Below, piece by piece: positions 1 to 12,923 of a stretch of DNA of 64,000 nucleotides (position 1 is its first letter; every line of letters begins with the position of its first letter). Below the pieces are notes generated by a model. The model had not been told where the DNA came from and did not search any database. It worked only from the letters and a program-made list of their open reading frames with translations. The position numbers and the translations under genes were made by a program. The DNA comes from Trichosphaerium sp. ATCC 40318 (lineage: Eukaryota; Protista; Tubulinea). The DNA is taken from contig JALMLS010000488.1 in assembly GCA_038496445.1 (NCBI GenBank), forward strand, positions 124,001 through 188,000, written 5' to 3'.

Positions 1-712
1 AAAAGCCCTGAACTAGGAATAAATACAATGATTAAAAGAAAGATAAGGTAACCTTTTGGTAAAATCTCCAGGCTCTGCAGGACCACAACCTTGACACGCT
101 ATTAGAGATGATACTATATTATCGAATCAAACCTGGTAAGTCAGATAATGCACTGAGAGCTTTTGATAGTACAGCAGGACTGCCATGGCAATGAAACTCA
201 GCGACATCTAAAATATTGAAATTAGTTGACTTGTTTGCAAGTCTTTGGCAAGAAATTGTAAGCACGTGCCTTCGCCAGTGTAACTGTTTGGTCCTGGAAA
301 ATACAGAGAGAGTACCCTTGCTACTAGTTAACGTAAATAATTCATTTAAAAATAGTTAAGAACCTGTCAATGTCATCATTTGTTCGCCAGTCTACAAGAG
401 TACGCAAACACGCAGTTCTTGGTGGCAGCGGCTTACCCGTCATCTTTTCAACAACCTGCGCACTACTAAGTACTTATTTGGTTATATAATGGATACCTGC
501 TGTACATCTGGTCCAGATACGCGTATTATTGAAACTGGTGCTTTCGTTGTACCCGTACATACCGCAAAAACAGTTGAAACGTACGCACCCATTGTACCCG
601 AATGGTTTCTATGATTATGTCACTTTACGCTCATTTTTCATTAAAATACGTACCGCTTATTGATTGTCAATCTCTTTTGAGGCGTTCGAGTTCGACAAGA
701 CAATCTTAGCAT
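1..712 (-). CDS. mnmE: tRNA modification GTPase MnmE/GTPBP3 (mitochondrial), 5' part; runs off the window start
   Basis: Spliced translation MLRLSCRTRT...TVFAVCTGTTKAPVSIIRVSGP...[23 protein letters not shown]...AEPGDF matches MnmE N-terminal motifs; Arg-rich presequence. Confidence 0.9.
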
Positions 713-871
713 TTTAATACGTATTTAAGCTGTCATAGGTATTGAGTAAGGTGAATAAATGCGTAATTCCAGCAAAGAGCGTTTGTTAAGCTCAATCGAC
801 AATGAAGTTTGTTGAAAAAATGTTGACTTTTTGTACAGTTATTCATCAAAATTAATACCATAAACCTTAAA

Positions 872-3279
872 ATGGCTGCAATTGTTGACTACTGTGAAGA
901 TTTGCCAAAGCTTGAGTATCTTGGAAACCACGTTACGCTTGCTGAGGTTAAAAGAGAGTCTTATGACTCTATTCCGCTGTCATTTGATGTAGACCAATTT
1001 TTTAACAACGAAGATGAAGACAGGTACAATTAACCTCTACAGCACTAAGTTAACGCGGTAAAAGTAAGAATACTTCGGTTATACCGCTCGCTAAAGCGGA
1101 ACCAGTTAAAGATACAGACAAAGAGGTCTATCAACTGATCAGGGAACTTGAAGCACTCAGCGACGTAGTGCGATCTCTGACAGATAGACAGGCTCTATGT
1201 GTTCGCTCAAAGTGTCCCAACACGATTAGCGAGCTAGAAAATGATGCTGGTCGCGTCTTGAATACAATACAAACACTAGACAAGCACTTGTACGCTTTTG
1301 TAGTTTTCTTTTTTAGCGCTAGCTAACATACGCGTAGAACCGAAGCAAAGACTTTCTTTATACTATCATCTACGCATTTATATGCTGTAGAGCATTTACA
1401 GCAAGTACTAAACGAACAATACCATTACATCGTTTTACTCTTGGATCAACTACAAAGCCTTAAAACGCCAACATCTCAAATGTACGTGATTTAAATCTCA
1501 ACTTGCGTGGCATACAAAGATACTTGCCTTTTTAGGCTTTCTTGTTTATTTTGCGTCTCATTTGTAGTTTTACTTATCTACTACGTAATTTTAAACGTAC
1601 CTACCTATTTTACTTACTCGGCAAGTGTTTCTCTCTAAATCGGTAAAATAGGACCTCTCGCTGTAAATTGGTTATCCAAAACCAGCCAATGCCTTGGGTG
1701 TTTATGAAGAAGCGTCAGATGATTGCAGCAGACGTTATTCGCGTTAGAATTCTTGTACCTCCTAATATGAAGATAAAGTACCCTGCAAAGGTGCAACTTA
1801 TATTCCAGCCTTATGCTACACGCCTTGCGCGTATGAAAATGACAAAAGTTGTACGTTTAAGAAACACCTCTTGCCAGACAATCCCTTTTTTTTTTTTCGA
1901 ATTTTTTTTTTGAAAGAAATCTTTTCTTGTAAATGACTCGTCCACCAGTCTTCTAATAATCTGTTAGGTTGACAATGCTGAAGCCACTGTTGACCCTCAA
2001 ACCAATATAGCTACATTCAACTTTTCCTTTGTACAAGGAACACGTATGGACCTAGCTCGGCTAAGGTTTTCTGCTACTCTTCATGTATACGATAGCAATG
2101 AGGAGACATGGACTACTCAGGTGGTTAATTCTTGTGAATCTGAGCCTCTCATTGTTATTACACATGAAGCGCAGTTCCAAGAAGCCTTGTATAGACTTGT
2201 TCAGCTGCTTGTGTTTTCTCAAGACGTACGCTTTTTCTTTTTGCTCAAAAGAAGGAGAATTTTTTTCAGTTTGATAAAGTTGCTATTTTATTGGCCTTAA
2301 TAGCCCCTCTGAACCAGATTCTTTCCACTTGATACAAAGAAAATATTGAGTGTTAGTATTTGATGCAATAAAGGCTTCCTAAAGGAAGACTAAGCGAAGA
2401 AATTAGAACTTTTCTTGTTTTCGAAAATTTCTCCGCACCTCTGTATTTTTTACTGATTAGCTCACTCTTTGTTACATAGGATAAAACACCTTGGTCCAGA
2501 GTAGCAAATGAGATACAACGCGCGTTTGTTCGAGCTACAGCTCAAAAACGTTCTTCACCAGTCAGACCACTTTCTGAAGCGGATCTTGAGTTTTATCACC
2601 TCACATTCTTTCAAGGCGCTCCTTATATACAGCGTGAACAATTTGACGAATTTTGGAAGATGTTTGGAAGCGTCATACAAAAGCTGAGGTAAGAGAGAAC
2701 CAAACGAAGTTTTAGTCAAATATTTTCTTCAAAAAAAAACTTCTTTGACTGACATCAAATTTTAAGGTACTATAAGCACCTAGCTGGATTATGGCGTACT
2801 GGAAGAATTTGCTCTTTTATCCACCGAGCTTGTCTTGAACGGTCTCTACAAGCCTTACCGCTTAACTCGTTTGTTATACGATTCTCTAAGACTACAAATG
2901 GTGAACTTGTTGTTAGTTACCGTGTAGATCCTGCCATTAATGGTGGTATGAGTGTTAAGCATTATCTCGTTACAGAGAAGGATATTAAAGTCCATAGAAA
3001 GTCTTTACCTGACTTCTTACGTAATAGAGGTCAGTTTATCTATATGCTTAAAGTAATGGGTACGTTGTTCTTTGAGATTTCTTTAAAACTCTACTACCAA
3101 TATCCCTAAAGCATTTCTGACATTTTTCTTTCGCAGGCACTTCTGCTCGAGGTAAACCCATCTTTGTTACTGAGAAGAAAGACGAGACACTTCATAAGAT
3201 GTACTCTAAAGCGTCAATGAAAACGGGCATAACGTTTTCAGGATTCCAACCTCTTGATCCTATTGATGTACCTTGTTAA
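872..3279 (+). CDS. STAT-family protein, Dictyostelium type (coiled coil, DNA-binding domain, SH2), multi-exon
   Basis: SEPLIVITHEAQF, WSRVANEIQRAFVRATAQ...RPLSEADL, SH2 core NSFVIRFSKT...VKHYLV...SLPDFL, C-terminus KKDETL...GFQPLDPIDVPC*. Confidence 0.88.
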
Positions 3280-3657
3280 TTGGTTATTATTATTAACCTC
3301 TATGTTTAAAATGTAAATAAAACTATAATCTTATTTGTACAAAGCTGCTTATAGTTATGAAACTACGCTTAGTGTTACTGCTTTTAGTGCACAAGTAGAA
3401 TCCGTGTAAGTCCAGGTTATTATTCATCCGCACCAAAAACGTCGCGACCGCTTCCTAGATTTGAAAGAGTGTTAAGTAGGTGAATATTAGGTAGAGATGT
3501 ATGGTATTAAAAAAAATGTGGTTAACTTTTTGGGCAACATTGTCTACGAAAGTCAAAGGGCACGTGATTTTTTTAAAACTCCTAAAAACGCCTAAAATAA
3601 CTACATTAGTCTCAACACCGCGGTAACTCAGAATTTTCACTCTTTTGATTAATTGTT

Positions 3658-4441
3658 ATGGCCACGGAAGCTTGGACGGACCAGGTTGCATCATTTCGCG
3701 TTACAACATCAATGGAATCTTTGTTAACACATATAGTACGAGAAAGACTGAAAGTAAAAGGTAATAACCGAAAGTCTTTGGTTTTTTTAAATTGTTTATT
3801 TGTTCTTGAAAATAAAACTACTAGTTTAATTATGAATGGCTTTTAACATCTTTAAGACGTTGATGTAACTCCTTGGGTGGATAAATTAACATCAAATCTC
3901 GTTTTTACGCTGCGCCAACTCCGCAGGTGCGGCCAACTTTTTTTTTGTTTTATAGGCTAACAATACCAACTAAAACAAGCGTCCATGTATATTTTCTGTC
4001 GTGCCTTTCACTCAGAATCCGTTACTGATCTTTTTTTTTTTTGGCACTATTTGCTGCAGCAATTTTTTCTTAGTTTACTTCTTTTTCGCTACTGGTTGTT
4101 GTCTCATCCTAAGATCCAATATAGGCTAAGTCCACAAGGTCTAAAGAGTCTCAAACTACCACTGCCAATAGAAGAATACCTACTGCCTATCCTCACACCG
4201 CATAAACGGCCTCTACTTTGCGCTAAGGTAAAGTAAACTATTAAATAAGCAAGTGTATCTCAACTAACCAATTATACAGAGACTCGAGAATCTAGGCTTC
4301 ACAAACCCTTTACAGCTTGACCAAGATCGCCTCTCGGCAATGGGTGTATCTGCTGCTGATAGACAAGCTTTACATTCCACACTATCAGCAATAGCTGAGC
4401 TACCTGCACTAGAGTCTCTTGCGTCTATCAGATCAAAATGA
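3658..4441 (+). CDS. small multi-exon protein, possibly with SAM-like domains
   Basis: GT-AG exon chain; last exon LLQLDQDRLSAMGVSAADRQAL resembles SAM helices 3-5. Confidence 0.4.
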
Positions 4442-5740
4442 GTACTGTTGTACTTGTATGGATTACCACCCAACCTAAAAAGGTAATAGAGGTAAAGCAA
4501 ATAAGCTCGGCTTACCCAAAATCATTCCAAACAATGGAACATAAAATGTAAATTAATCTTAATATAACAATCTTTGTCTTCACGTTTGCAAACAAAACCT
4601 TTTGTGGAACCAATCAACGTAACCACAGGTAGAGGTGTACGATATCTGAGGCTAAATAAGGAAGCTACAAATATCCTTACTAGTTAACCATTGACTAAGA
4701 CACGAACTTATATTGAACTTAATAGAATTTCATAATTTAATAGTTTTGCTTTGCGCTGTCGTCGTGTGTTTCTAAGTTACATCACATTGGTTCATAACCA
4801 ACAGCAACACAGCTAGTAGGATACTACATCTCTGTTCTTAAAGGCGCTTGTTCAAGCCGCTGAACTTTCTATAAAAAAAAGGTAGCTAATTTTAATGTTC
4901 GTCTTGATTGGTATTCAAAAGCTCTCCTGTTTTAGATTGAAATTCAAAATTCCTGAAACCCATTCCTGACATGACATTTATAGTACGTTTCTTGTTGTAT
5001 TAGACAAACAAGGCATGCTACAACAACATTTCTAAAACGGCTTTTTTTTGATTGATAATACTTGCCAACAACTCATGAAATCAACTCAAACTACTTTCTA
5101 AACGCTCAAATAAGCAGTATAAACACTTTAAAGAAACCCACTTTTTTTTTTGGTAGAGCAACATCGTTGATAAAAAAAAAAATTTCACATTGATCTATTG
5201 GGATTGTAGTTACTTCCCCTTCGGACTCCATAACCGTCGTATTTGCGCCTACAGTGTAAGTTGCCCGTAATCAGGCTATTCAATGCTTGAGGTGATTTGG
5301 GAACTTGTATACCAGGCCGATGAATTAATACTCGTTGATCAATCATGACAGAAGTCTCTTTGCCCCTTTACTGTGATAGTAATTGTGGTGATATTATAGA
5401 CCCTCATAGATATGATATCGTCTACCATACAAGACACAACTCGTTGCGCTGTATATTTCCAAAGGATGGGCACTGTGCCTTGGAAATCTTTTTTGGGGTT
5501 TTTACTTCTCCACATTTTGAAAACGTGAAAAAAGAAGTTCATCTTGTACTTTCTATCAACCACTACAAAATATCAGGTTATAATGCTGGTACGAAGTATA
5601 GCCAATTACTACTGTGATGTGGTATTTACACTGGTAAACTTGAAGGAAAACAAAAGATGGAAGGTGACTTTTGCAAAATTGTTTGTCACTAACATACGGA
5701 AAATGAAAATCGTTTTATTAGAACATTGTTTGAGGCATGT

Positions 5741-7374
5741 CTAAAAGTCTGTTTTATCATCTCTTGATCTACCATCACGTGCTGGGTATACAGAAAGTAG
5801 ATTGTATGGGTATGGCTCTTTGTGAGGAGACGCAGTAGTCAAACGGAGCATTTGTTCTTCTGTCAAGGAAAACTCAATAGTGCCAATGTTGTCAATCAAG
5901 TGCTTCATTTTACGGGCACCAATGATTGTTGATGTAACACCAGGGCGTTGCATGATCCAACGAAGTGCAATTTGAGCAACAGGGCGTTTAGTTTCAGTTG
6001 AAATTTCTTTCAAGACATCAATCACTTTCCACGTGCTAGTACAAAATTGTAAGTACTTTTTACGAAACAACTAAATTCGTACTCCTCATTGGCAAGACTA
6101 CCCCAGTCAGTCTCTGACCAACCTGCTTTCTCTGCCCAAGCAATACGACCTTCTTCTGGTTTCTTGGAATTACGGTCGTAGCGACCAGATAACCAACCAC
6201 CCTTCAAAGGACTCCAAGGCAAGTAAGCCATGTGGTTTGCCTGAGAAACAAAATTTAGTTTTTTCACTTTTAACTTAAACGACCACTATACCTTGCATGA
6301 TGGTATCATCTCCAATTCAGTTCCTCTAGCCAATAGATTGTACTGTGCTTGAAGTGAAACAAAAGCTGTGATAAAAAGTGTCAACAATGGGTCTTGTGGT
6401 TCAAAAGTAACATACGAGTCATGTTTTCGTATTTCGCGATACATTGAGCTTGTTGGATAGCCCATGCAGGCCAGTTTGATACACCAATGTAAAGGATCTT
6501 TCCTTGTAAAACCAAGTTGTTCAAGGTCCTCATCAATTCACGGATAGGTGTACCAGGGTCGAAAGAGTGAAGCTAGTTTTAATTAGCGATACATATTTCT
6601 TGTTTTTTTGTAAATCCTTGCACAAAAAACGTACTTGGTACAAATCAATGTAACTCGTTTGGAGGCGCTTCAAAGATTCCTCAAGACTTCTAACAATAAA
6701 TCCTCTGTTATAACCGGCATTGTTAGGACCTTTTCCAGAGCGGAAGTAACCTACAGAGTATAAGCGAGTGTACTACTAGAAAACACGAAGCAGAATATGC
6801 ACATGTCTTCACAAGTCTCCAGTAGAGTCTGTAGAGAGTTTTTGGGGCTTGCAAAAAAACATTTTGATTTCTTTCTCGGCCGATTTTCTCAAAAAGGCAG
6901 TTTTCTAGCGATTGTACCTTTCGTCGCTAGAACTATTTCACTACGGTTTTTCCTTTCTTTCATCCATTTACCGACTATTTTAACCCGTAAGTGAATTGTA
7001 GAACAACCTTCAACGCCGAAACGACTTTGTTTAATTTTATAACGTACCAACTCTCTCGCTCTCGCCCATACTGTAGATATTAGCGGTATCTATAAAATTA
7101 CCACCAGCCTCAAAAAACTTGTCCATGAGTGCAAAACTCTCTTCAGTTGTCACTGTAGGTAACCAGTGCTGACTCTCAGTCTTTCCAAACGTCATTGCGC
7201 CTATTCGAATGTTATTTGGCTTCTACGCAAACAAGAGAACTGTAAAAGAAAGGTACCCATGCACAGGCAAGAAACTTTAATGCCACTGTTACCAAGATAA
7301 TTGTACGTCATCTTTGTCACAGTCTTGTCACCAAAGAGCTTGTTCACGCCAGTATCTTCTTTTGATTCCGACAT
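5741..7374 (-). CDS. aldo-keto reductase (aryl-alcohol dehydrogenase/Tas-like)
   Basis: YNYLGNSGIKVSCLCMGAMTFG, GGNFIDTANIYS.GESE, SLKRLQTSYIDLYQLH, GKILYIGVSN, PWSPLKGGWLSG, AQIALRWIM. Confidence 0.93.
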
Positions 7375-8042
7375 TACTTATGACTGGTATTGTTGGTTGA
7401 TTGCAAAAGTAAGTTCAAGCGATTTTTAAGCCCAGTTAGTCTTTGGCATTACTCCGAATACAGAACTATTGAGAACTCATGTGTCCCTATTCAAATTTGT
7501 ATGTTTGAAGCGCGTACGTTAACTACAAACTGAGATGTATTGACAGTACCTGTCAATTCCGTAAAAAGCAATTCTATTTCCAATCTCAAATACGCCTATT
7601 TATGCGTAGAAAAGGAGACCTAGCGTATTTACAACGTCATTTGTGGAGTTATACCAGAAACGAGTTTTTTAAACTCGTTGGCTTTTATGGACAAGTTCGC
7701 AGGTAGTTAGTGTTAAACCGTAGGCACTGTAGCTATGGTATTGAGGTCTCGTCGGCAATGATACTTCGAATTCGAATGCGATCACATTTTTCAGTCCGGT
7801 TGTTACTCATAACCTAAATAATTTCCATAAAATGGTTGTCAGGCGAATTATTTTTTGCTCGTTACAAAGTCCTGAATGCTGTGGTGATAAACAAATACAG
7901 CAAAAAAAATGTGATTATCGATACTCTGTTTTCTCGAATGTCCGGGTCAATTCCTGAGTTTTCGCTATACCTTAACACCTCAATTACAACAGGTACAAAG
8001 AGAGGTCATCCAAGCGCATGTTCAGAAAACTACAAGTTGACT

Positions 8043-8113
8043 TCTTTCCAAATTAGTTGCAGCAAACTTGGATCTCTTTCCAAATTAGTTGCAGCAAAGT
8101 TCAACCTCTTTCC
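8043..8113 (+). repeat. tandem repeat with 32-bp period (TCTTTCCAAATTAGTTGCAGCAAA x2 plus a partial third copy)
   Basis: Identical 24-mers at 8043-8066 and 8075-8098; TCTTTCC again at ~8107. Confidence 0.8.
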
Positions 8114-8170
8114 GAATAGCACGACTTTTCGGTCCTAATTAGTCACTAGTACTACTAAATTATAGCGAGA

Positions 8171-8973
8171 ATGGAGCTAGTTCCAGCAGACTTCGTTGCC
8201 AACTACGTTACTGGCTGGGAAGCTCATTGGATCTATGGTTGCTTTTTAGTCGTGACCAAAGTACGACGATACGAGGGAGACTCTACAACTGACAGGTATA
8301 CCTATAGGTCATAGAGCGCGTGCTTGTCCCTCAGGATGTACAAGAAGAGCGAAAAAATAGTTTCAAAGATAAAACCACAAAGGGATGGGATTATACTCTA
8401 GCATGCTTAATGGTACCACAAAACAATAAGTTCTTCACTAACAAGCGAAATAGATGTCGACTTCTTCCTTGGGTGTACCAATAATTGCAGCTTTTGACGC
8501 TTCACGAGGTCAGGATCTTGTTAAAATGGTACTGAACTATATATCTGATGCCGTTCTTAATTCGTTTCTCAGGCAGTGGGAGGTTCTCTTTTACTTACTT
8601 CCCAAATCATGTTTTCTGGACTTACACGTGTAAACAAGTTCTTTAGCTCATTCGTTCGTATACAGAAAGATAGAAATCACCAAGTACGAACTTGTTGCAA
8701 ATTCTTCACATCATGCTAATGTCAAGCGTTTAGGTGTGTGATACTGGACCTTATGCCATCGTTAGACACCCTGGCTATGTTACACTTATACTGCAATTCT
8801 GCTCTAACGCTTACATGTTCCAAAGCGATTACGGATGGGTAGCAGCCAGCTTGGCATTAGCTATGCTCGGTTTAAGAACGTACTGGGAAGACAATACCCT
8901 TCAAGAAGAGCTTCCAGGTTATAAAAAGTATACAGAAAAAGTAAGGTATAGATTGATACCATTTGTATTCTGA
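8171..8973 (+). CDS. isoprenylcysteine carboxyl methyltransferase (ICMT/PEMT) family membrane protein
   Basis: NKFFSSFVRIQKDRNHQVCDTGPYAIVRHPGY...EDNTLQEELPGYKKYTEKVRYRLIPFVF*. Confidence 0.85.
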
Positions 8974-9019
8974 GCGTTGCAATAAAAACATGTGAATTTG
9001 GAAACCAAGCAAGATAAAT

Positions 9020-10120
9020 AATTAATCTGACATTTTTTTTTTGGGTTTTTTTTTGATTCGTCTGACACATCGATTTGAATTTCTTGAGTACCCTATGCAC
9101 AGCGAACGCTATGCTACTGTCATTACCTCAATTTTTTTTGTCCTTCTCAAGGCGGCTCACAAAGTATGGAATGAGGTTGCAAACATGATGTGGTCACTCA
9201 ATTTACGAAATCTGTTAGCACTCAGTACTGACAAACTAATGCACGCCAGTCCGTTACAACTGCTATGCTTTGTTTTTTTAATTCTCTAGAACGAACTAAC
9301 CTTGAACGACGAGCAATGTAAACATCAAAATTTATTCGAGCATTTTTCAATGATCTGTGACTTATTTTTCCTAATTTCAAGAATCCCATTCTAACATGAG
9401 TTGTGTACGATATGCAACTCTTATATCATCAAAATGGCCTGTGGTCAAAAAAACAAGTTTGCCAAACATCTCGTATCAAGTACGACGCTGACTCTTCTGA
9501 CATGTCATGGAAGGACATTAACTCATGTAATACACTAATAAATAAGTACACAAGTTAAAAAGGGCTCGTGCAATATCTTGGTTTTTACTCAAATCAAATT
9601 TTTTTGAAATTGCATACCTCTTGGCTGTACAAAGTTCGACATCGTCTGCTTCCCAACAAGTTGATAGATGATACGCTCTAATCTCTGAACAAGTTATAAA
9701 ATGAGTGTTATCCACGTGCTTCTCCTTGTTTATAAGTGAGCTTTGATTTTTTTGGAAAGGCATACAGCGAGCTTAGTACATTCGTCATAAGCGTGTATGA
9801 GCTCATGAGCAACGACAGACTCCATTTTCGCCTCTTTTGTGTTATTACAACATATATTGACTACATTCTCCCGTCAGTTATGTCATGGGACTAATTAATG
9901 CCTGTTTTAGTGTCTCTATGGTAGTACGATGATGTTGAAGGATTTTCACAAAATCCGCATAATAAACTTATTCTACAGTCCTGTTACGCGTGTTATTCGT
10001 GGATTTTGGAATGTTTACCTTCGAATTGAGGGTATTTAACAGTCTAGATACGACAGGCGCACGTAGTGCTTTGTTAGTCCGTGCTTTGCAATGTGCAAGC
10101 ACGTCTGTACCCTCTTCCAT
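9020..10120 (-). CDS. ATP23: mitochondrial inner membrane protease ATP23 (peptidase M76); 3' end approximate
   Basis: VVAHELIHAYDEC zinc motif followed by ITCSEIRAYHLS. Confidence 0.8.
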
Positions 10121-10217
10121 ACGCGAAGCTCAACAACAACGTTAAATACTCGAGCTGACTTTTTGTCGTTTTTTCTAGTTTGCTTTAGAACTATTTTATC
10201 CGCAAAGCTTGCAAACC

Positions 10218-10649
10218 ATGGCTGAGAAGCATCGTTATTTTGTGCGTATCATTGCGCCTGAGAATAATAAGCGCGTTTATAATAACATAGCGATAGGGAC
10301 CTGGCACTATGGCTGCCGTCTACGGCTTGGCTGGTTTCAGTATACCTTGTCTCACTAATTATTGGCTTTTTCAACCCTTTATGAAAAGTAAGCAGCCCCA
10401 CACTGTTTAATACCGTGAAATACGATTAAAATATTATCACAACTCTACAATAGTTGGTTTGACACTGCTTAACGCATTGTAGGACCTCACATGCACATTA
10501 TGTGGGCCACTGGTGGCGCTTTGGTCGCGTGGTGGTTACATAAAGTCGAATTAAGCGCACAACAAAGCTACGCCTGGAAACTCCAAACACAACAAGCACG
10601 ACGAGAGCAGCTCGATATGATACCAAGCGATGGCACGACAGTCAAATAA
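10218..10649 (+). CDS. small two-TM protein, possibly a complex I accessory subunit (NDUFC2-like)
   Basis: Three exons: MAEKHRYFGPGTMAAVYGLAGFSIPCLTNYWLFQPFMK.PHMHIMWATGGALVAWWLHKVE...; the family call is a guess. Confidence 0.4.
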
Positions 10650-10980
10650 TTTTTTTTCCCTTATTTGTTTGTTTTACTTACAAATGGTGTAGAAGAGACA
10701 CTAGAAGATTTAAGAGAACAAGTAGAAGCTGCGAAAAGGAAATGGACCGGTAAAAGCGAGTAATAGATAAAAAAAACATTGCAGTGTTTTTTTTTTCTTT
10801 AATCGTCATGTCAAATATTTCTTCTCTCACAAACCACACTACATTGCTATTCAAATCTTGTAACACAATATTACTCAATTGTATTGTACATTGTAGCCAT
10901 AGGCTTAAACAAACAGAGGTGTATTGTTGATTTTTTGCGAAATTTCTGAAGACGTCAAAGTCAATAAAGTCACTGTAAAA

Positions 10981-12458
10981 ATGAGTGGAGAAACGAGCGC
11001 ACCTCATTTCGACGCTCGTTTATTAACTTTGACAGCAGTATCTAGCTTGTTTGCTGGTTTAGCATCTGTAATTGTAACTGCTGCGATTGAAAAGTATGGT
11101 GGTGTAGTAGGTGGTGTTATAGCGTGCGTATAACGATGTTTAACATACGATTAATTAATTTAACTACAAAAGAACAATTCCAACTGCGATTGTTCCTGCA
11201 GGGGTTGCACTTTCGCTTCTAGGCGAAGAGGACCTTGACATTTCTTTCCATACAGTACCTGCTGGCATGTACGTTATCAACTCCCCCAATTTTCATCTCA
11301 TGTTCCCCACAAGGTTACTGAATGCGCTGTTCTTGTATATATGGCGTTTTTTGCCGGGTATATTGGCAAGATACATGACAGATACGCGAAAGATGCTAGT
11401 TATCGTTATATCAGTCTCTGTATCATTCTGGGCGCTCGCTGCAGTTGGCGTCATTTGTATGGGACAATGTGCCAAAAAATACAGGTTATAACTAAACTCT
11501 ATTTTAGACCTGTTGGAGTTCATAGTCGATACTAAACACGTATCCTACTTGGCTATAGCAGTAGCTTGCTCGATTGCCTACCTTATTTTTGCCAGCGTGA
11601 TTGGCTGCGCTATTCCTCTTCCCGTGGGCACGTAAAAGAACTACAGAAACCTTTGTAATGACACTTGGACATTTAGGTAGAAAAGCATTCGGAAAATTGT
11701 CACTTTCAACTTATCTCATAAGATTCCTTGTAACCTTTGTTGCGATAGCTGCGAGTATTGTGTTCGCAGAGTTCAATAGATTCGCGTCAGGTAAGACGCA
11801 GGAAATAAGACAACATCCAAAACTGTTCTTACTAATACCAAAATAGGGTTAATGTTATCTTTCCCTGCTATATTTTTAACTGCGCTGGTACGTTTGTCAC
11901 GTGATATTTTATTTTGAAACTGAAAGTGTATTTACACTACAAATTAACTAAAGTATGTTGTTTAGGTGTCTATTTGGTGGAGTCATGGGTATTCCGTATC
12001 CTTATCAGCAGTTGCACCAATGGTACAAAAAAATCGCAATTAATACTCATCTTTTTAAGGTGCTTGGTCTTATGAGTGTTGTGGGCTATTCTCTAGCGTA
12101 TCCTCCGTTATACCGATTAATCAAGGATGACAAAGGTATGCCTTTTGCAATTCTATTTACGCGTCATTGTAATTGTTTTGTAGGCGTTTCAAAGGGTTGG
12201 GCGGTAGCTGCTACAACTTCTTCGATATGGTTTGCATCTGTTATTGGTGTAACATTGCCCATACTCTTCATTATGATATGGAGGGAGAGTAGATCCAAAA
12301 TAGCTATGAGTAAGATCACATGGGATACTCAAACAATTCATACAACCGACGAACCTGATAGCGAAAACGAGTCACTACATACTCCAGGCGAAGATACACG
12401 CGGTGAAGAATGGCATCTGCTTGGAGGTACAATTAAAAAAGATACCATATTTTCTTAA
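10981..12458 (+). CDS. uncharacterised multi-pass membrane protein (internal repeat, DUF3147-like)
   Basis: Hydrophobic exons VIVTAAIEKYGGVVGGVIATIP... and GLMLSFPAIFLTAL...; polar C-terminal tail. Confidence 0.6.
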
Positions 12459-12923
12459 CATTGCTGTAGGACGTACACTTAAACCTGATAAAAAATCCAC
12501 AGACGGATTCAATAATGAAGCCATGTTTATTCCTCCAAATTGAGGACAAATTCATTTAAAAAAAATCCACAAAATGTAAATACTGTACAACAAAAAAAAA
12601 ACCCAAACAATCATTACCTAGTCCCTAACAAGAAAATAAAATAACCCACCTATACATCGATATATCAACAGTTTACTCTGACGCTTAAAAGCACGTGCGC
12701 TTTTTTTGTAACGGCTCTCATTGAAACCCAAATTGTAGCGAAAATGCTTAAACTCAGAAACGCTTTGTATGTATAACGTGGTTCATTGGTTGGCTGTGAG
12801 TGTATATCTCGTTTTGAGCTGGTTGTCTGAGTTCAAGACTAAACGTGAATTTCCAAGCCATTTTATTTTGCTTTCGCATTTTGCCCGTTGGTGACAGCTC
12901 AGCTTTCTTGGACCCATACCTTC

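Noticed and set aside
8043-8113. CRISPR-like array
   Set aside because: Only two full repeats with 8-nt spacers, eukaryotic context, no cas genes
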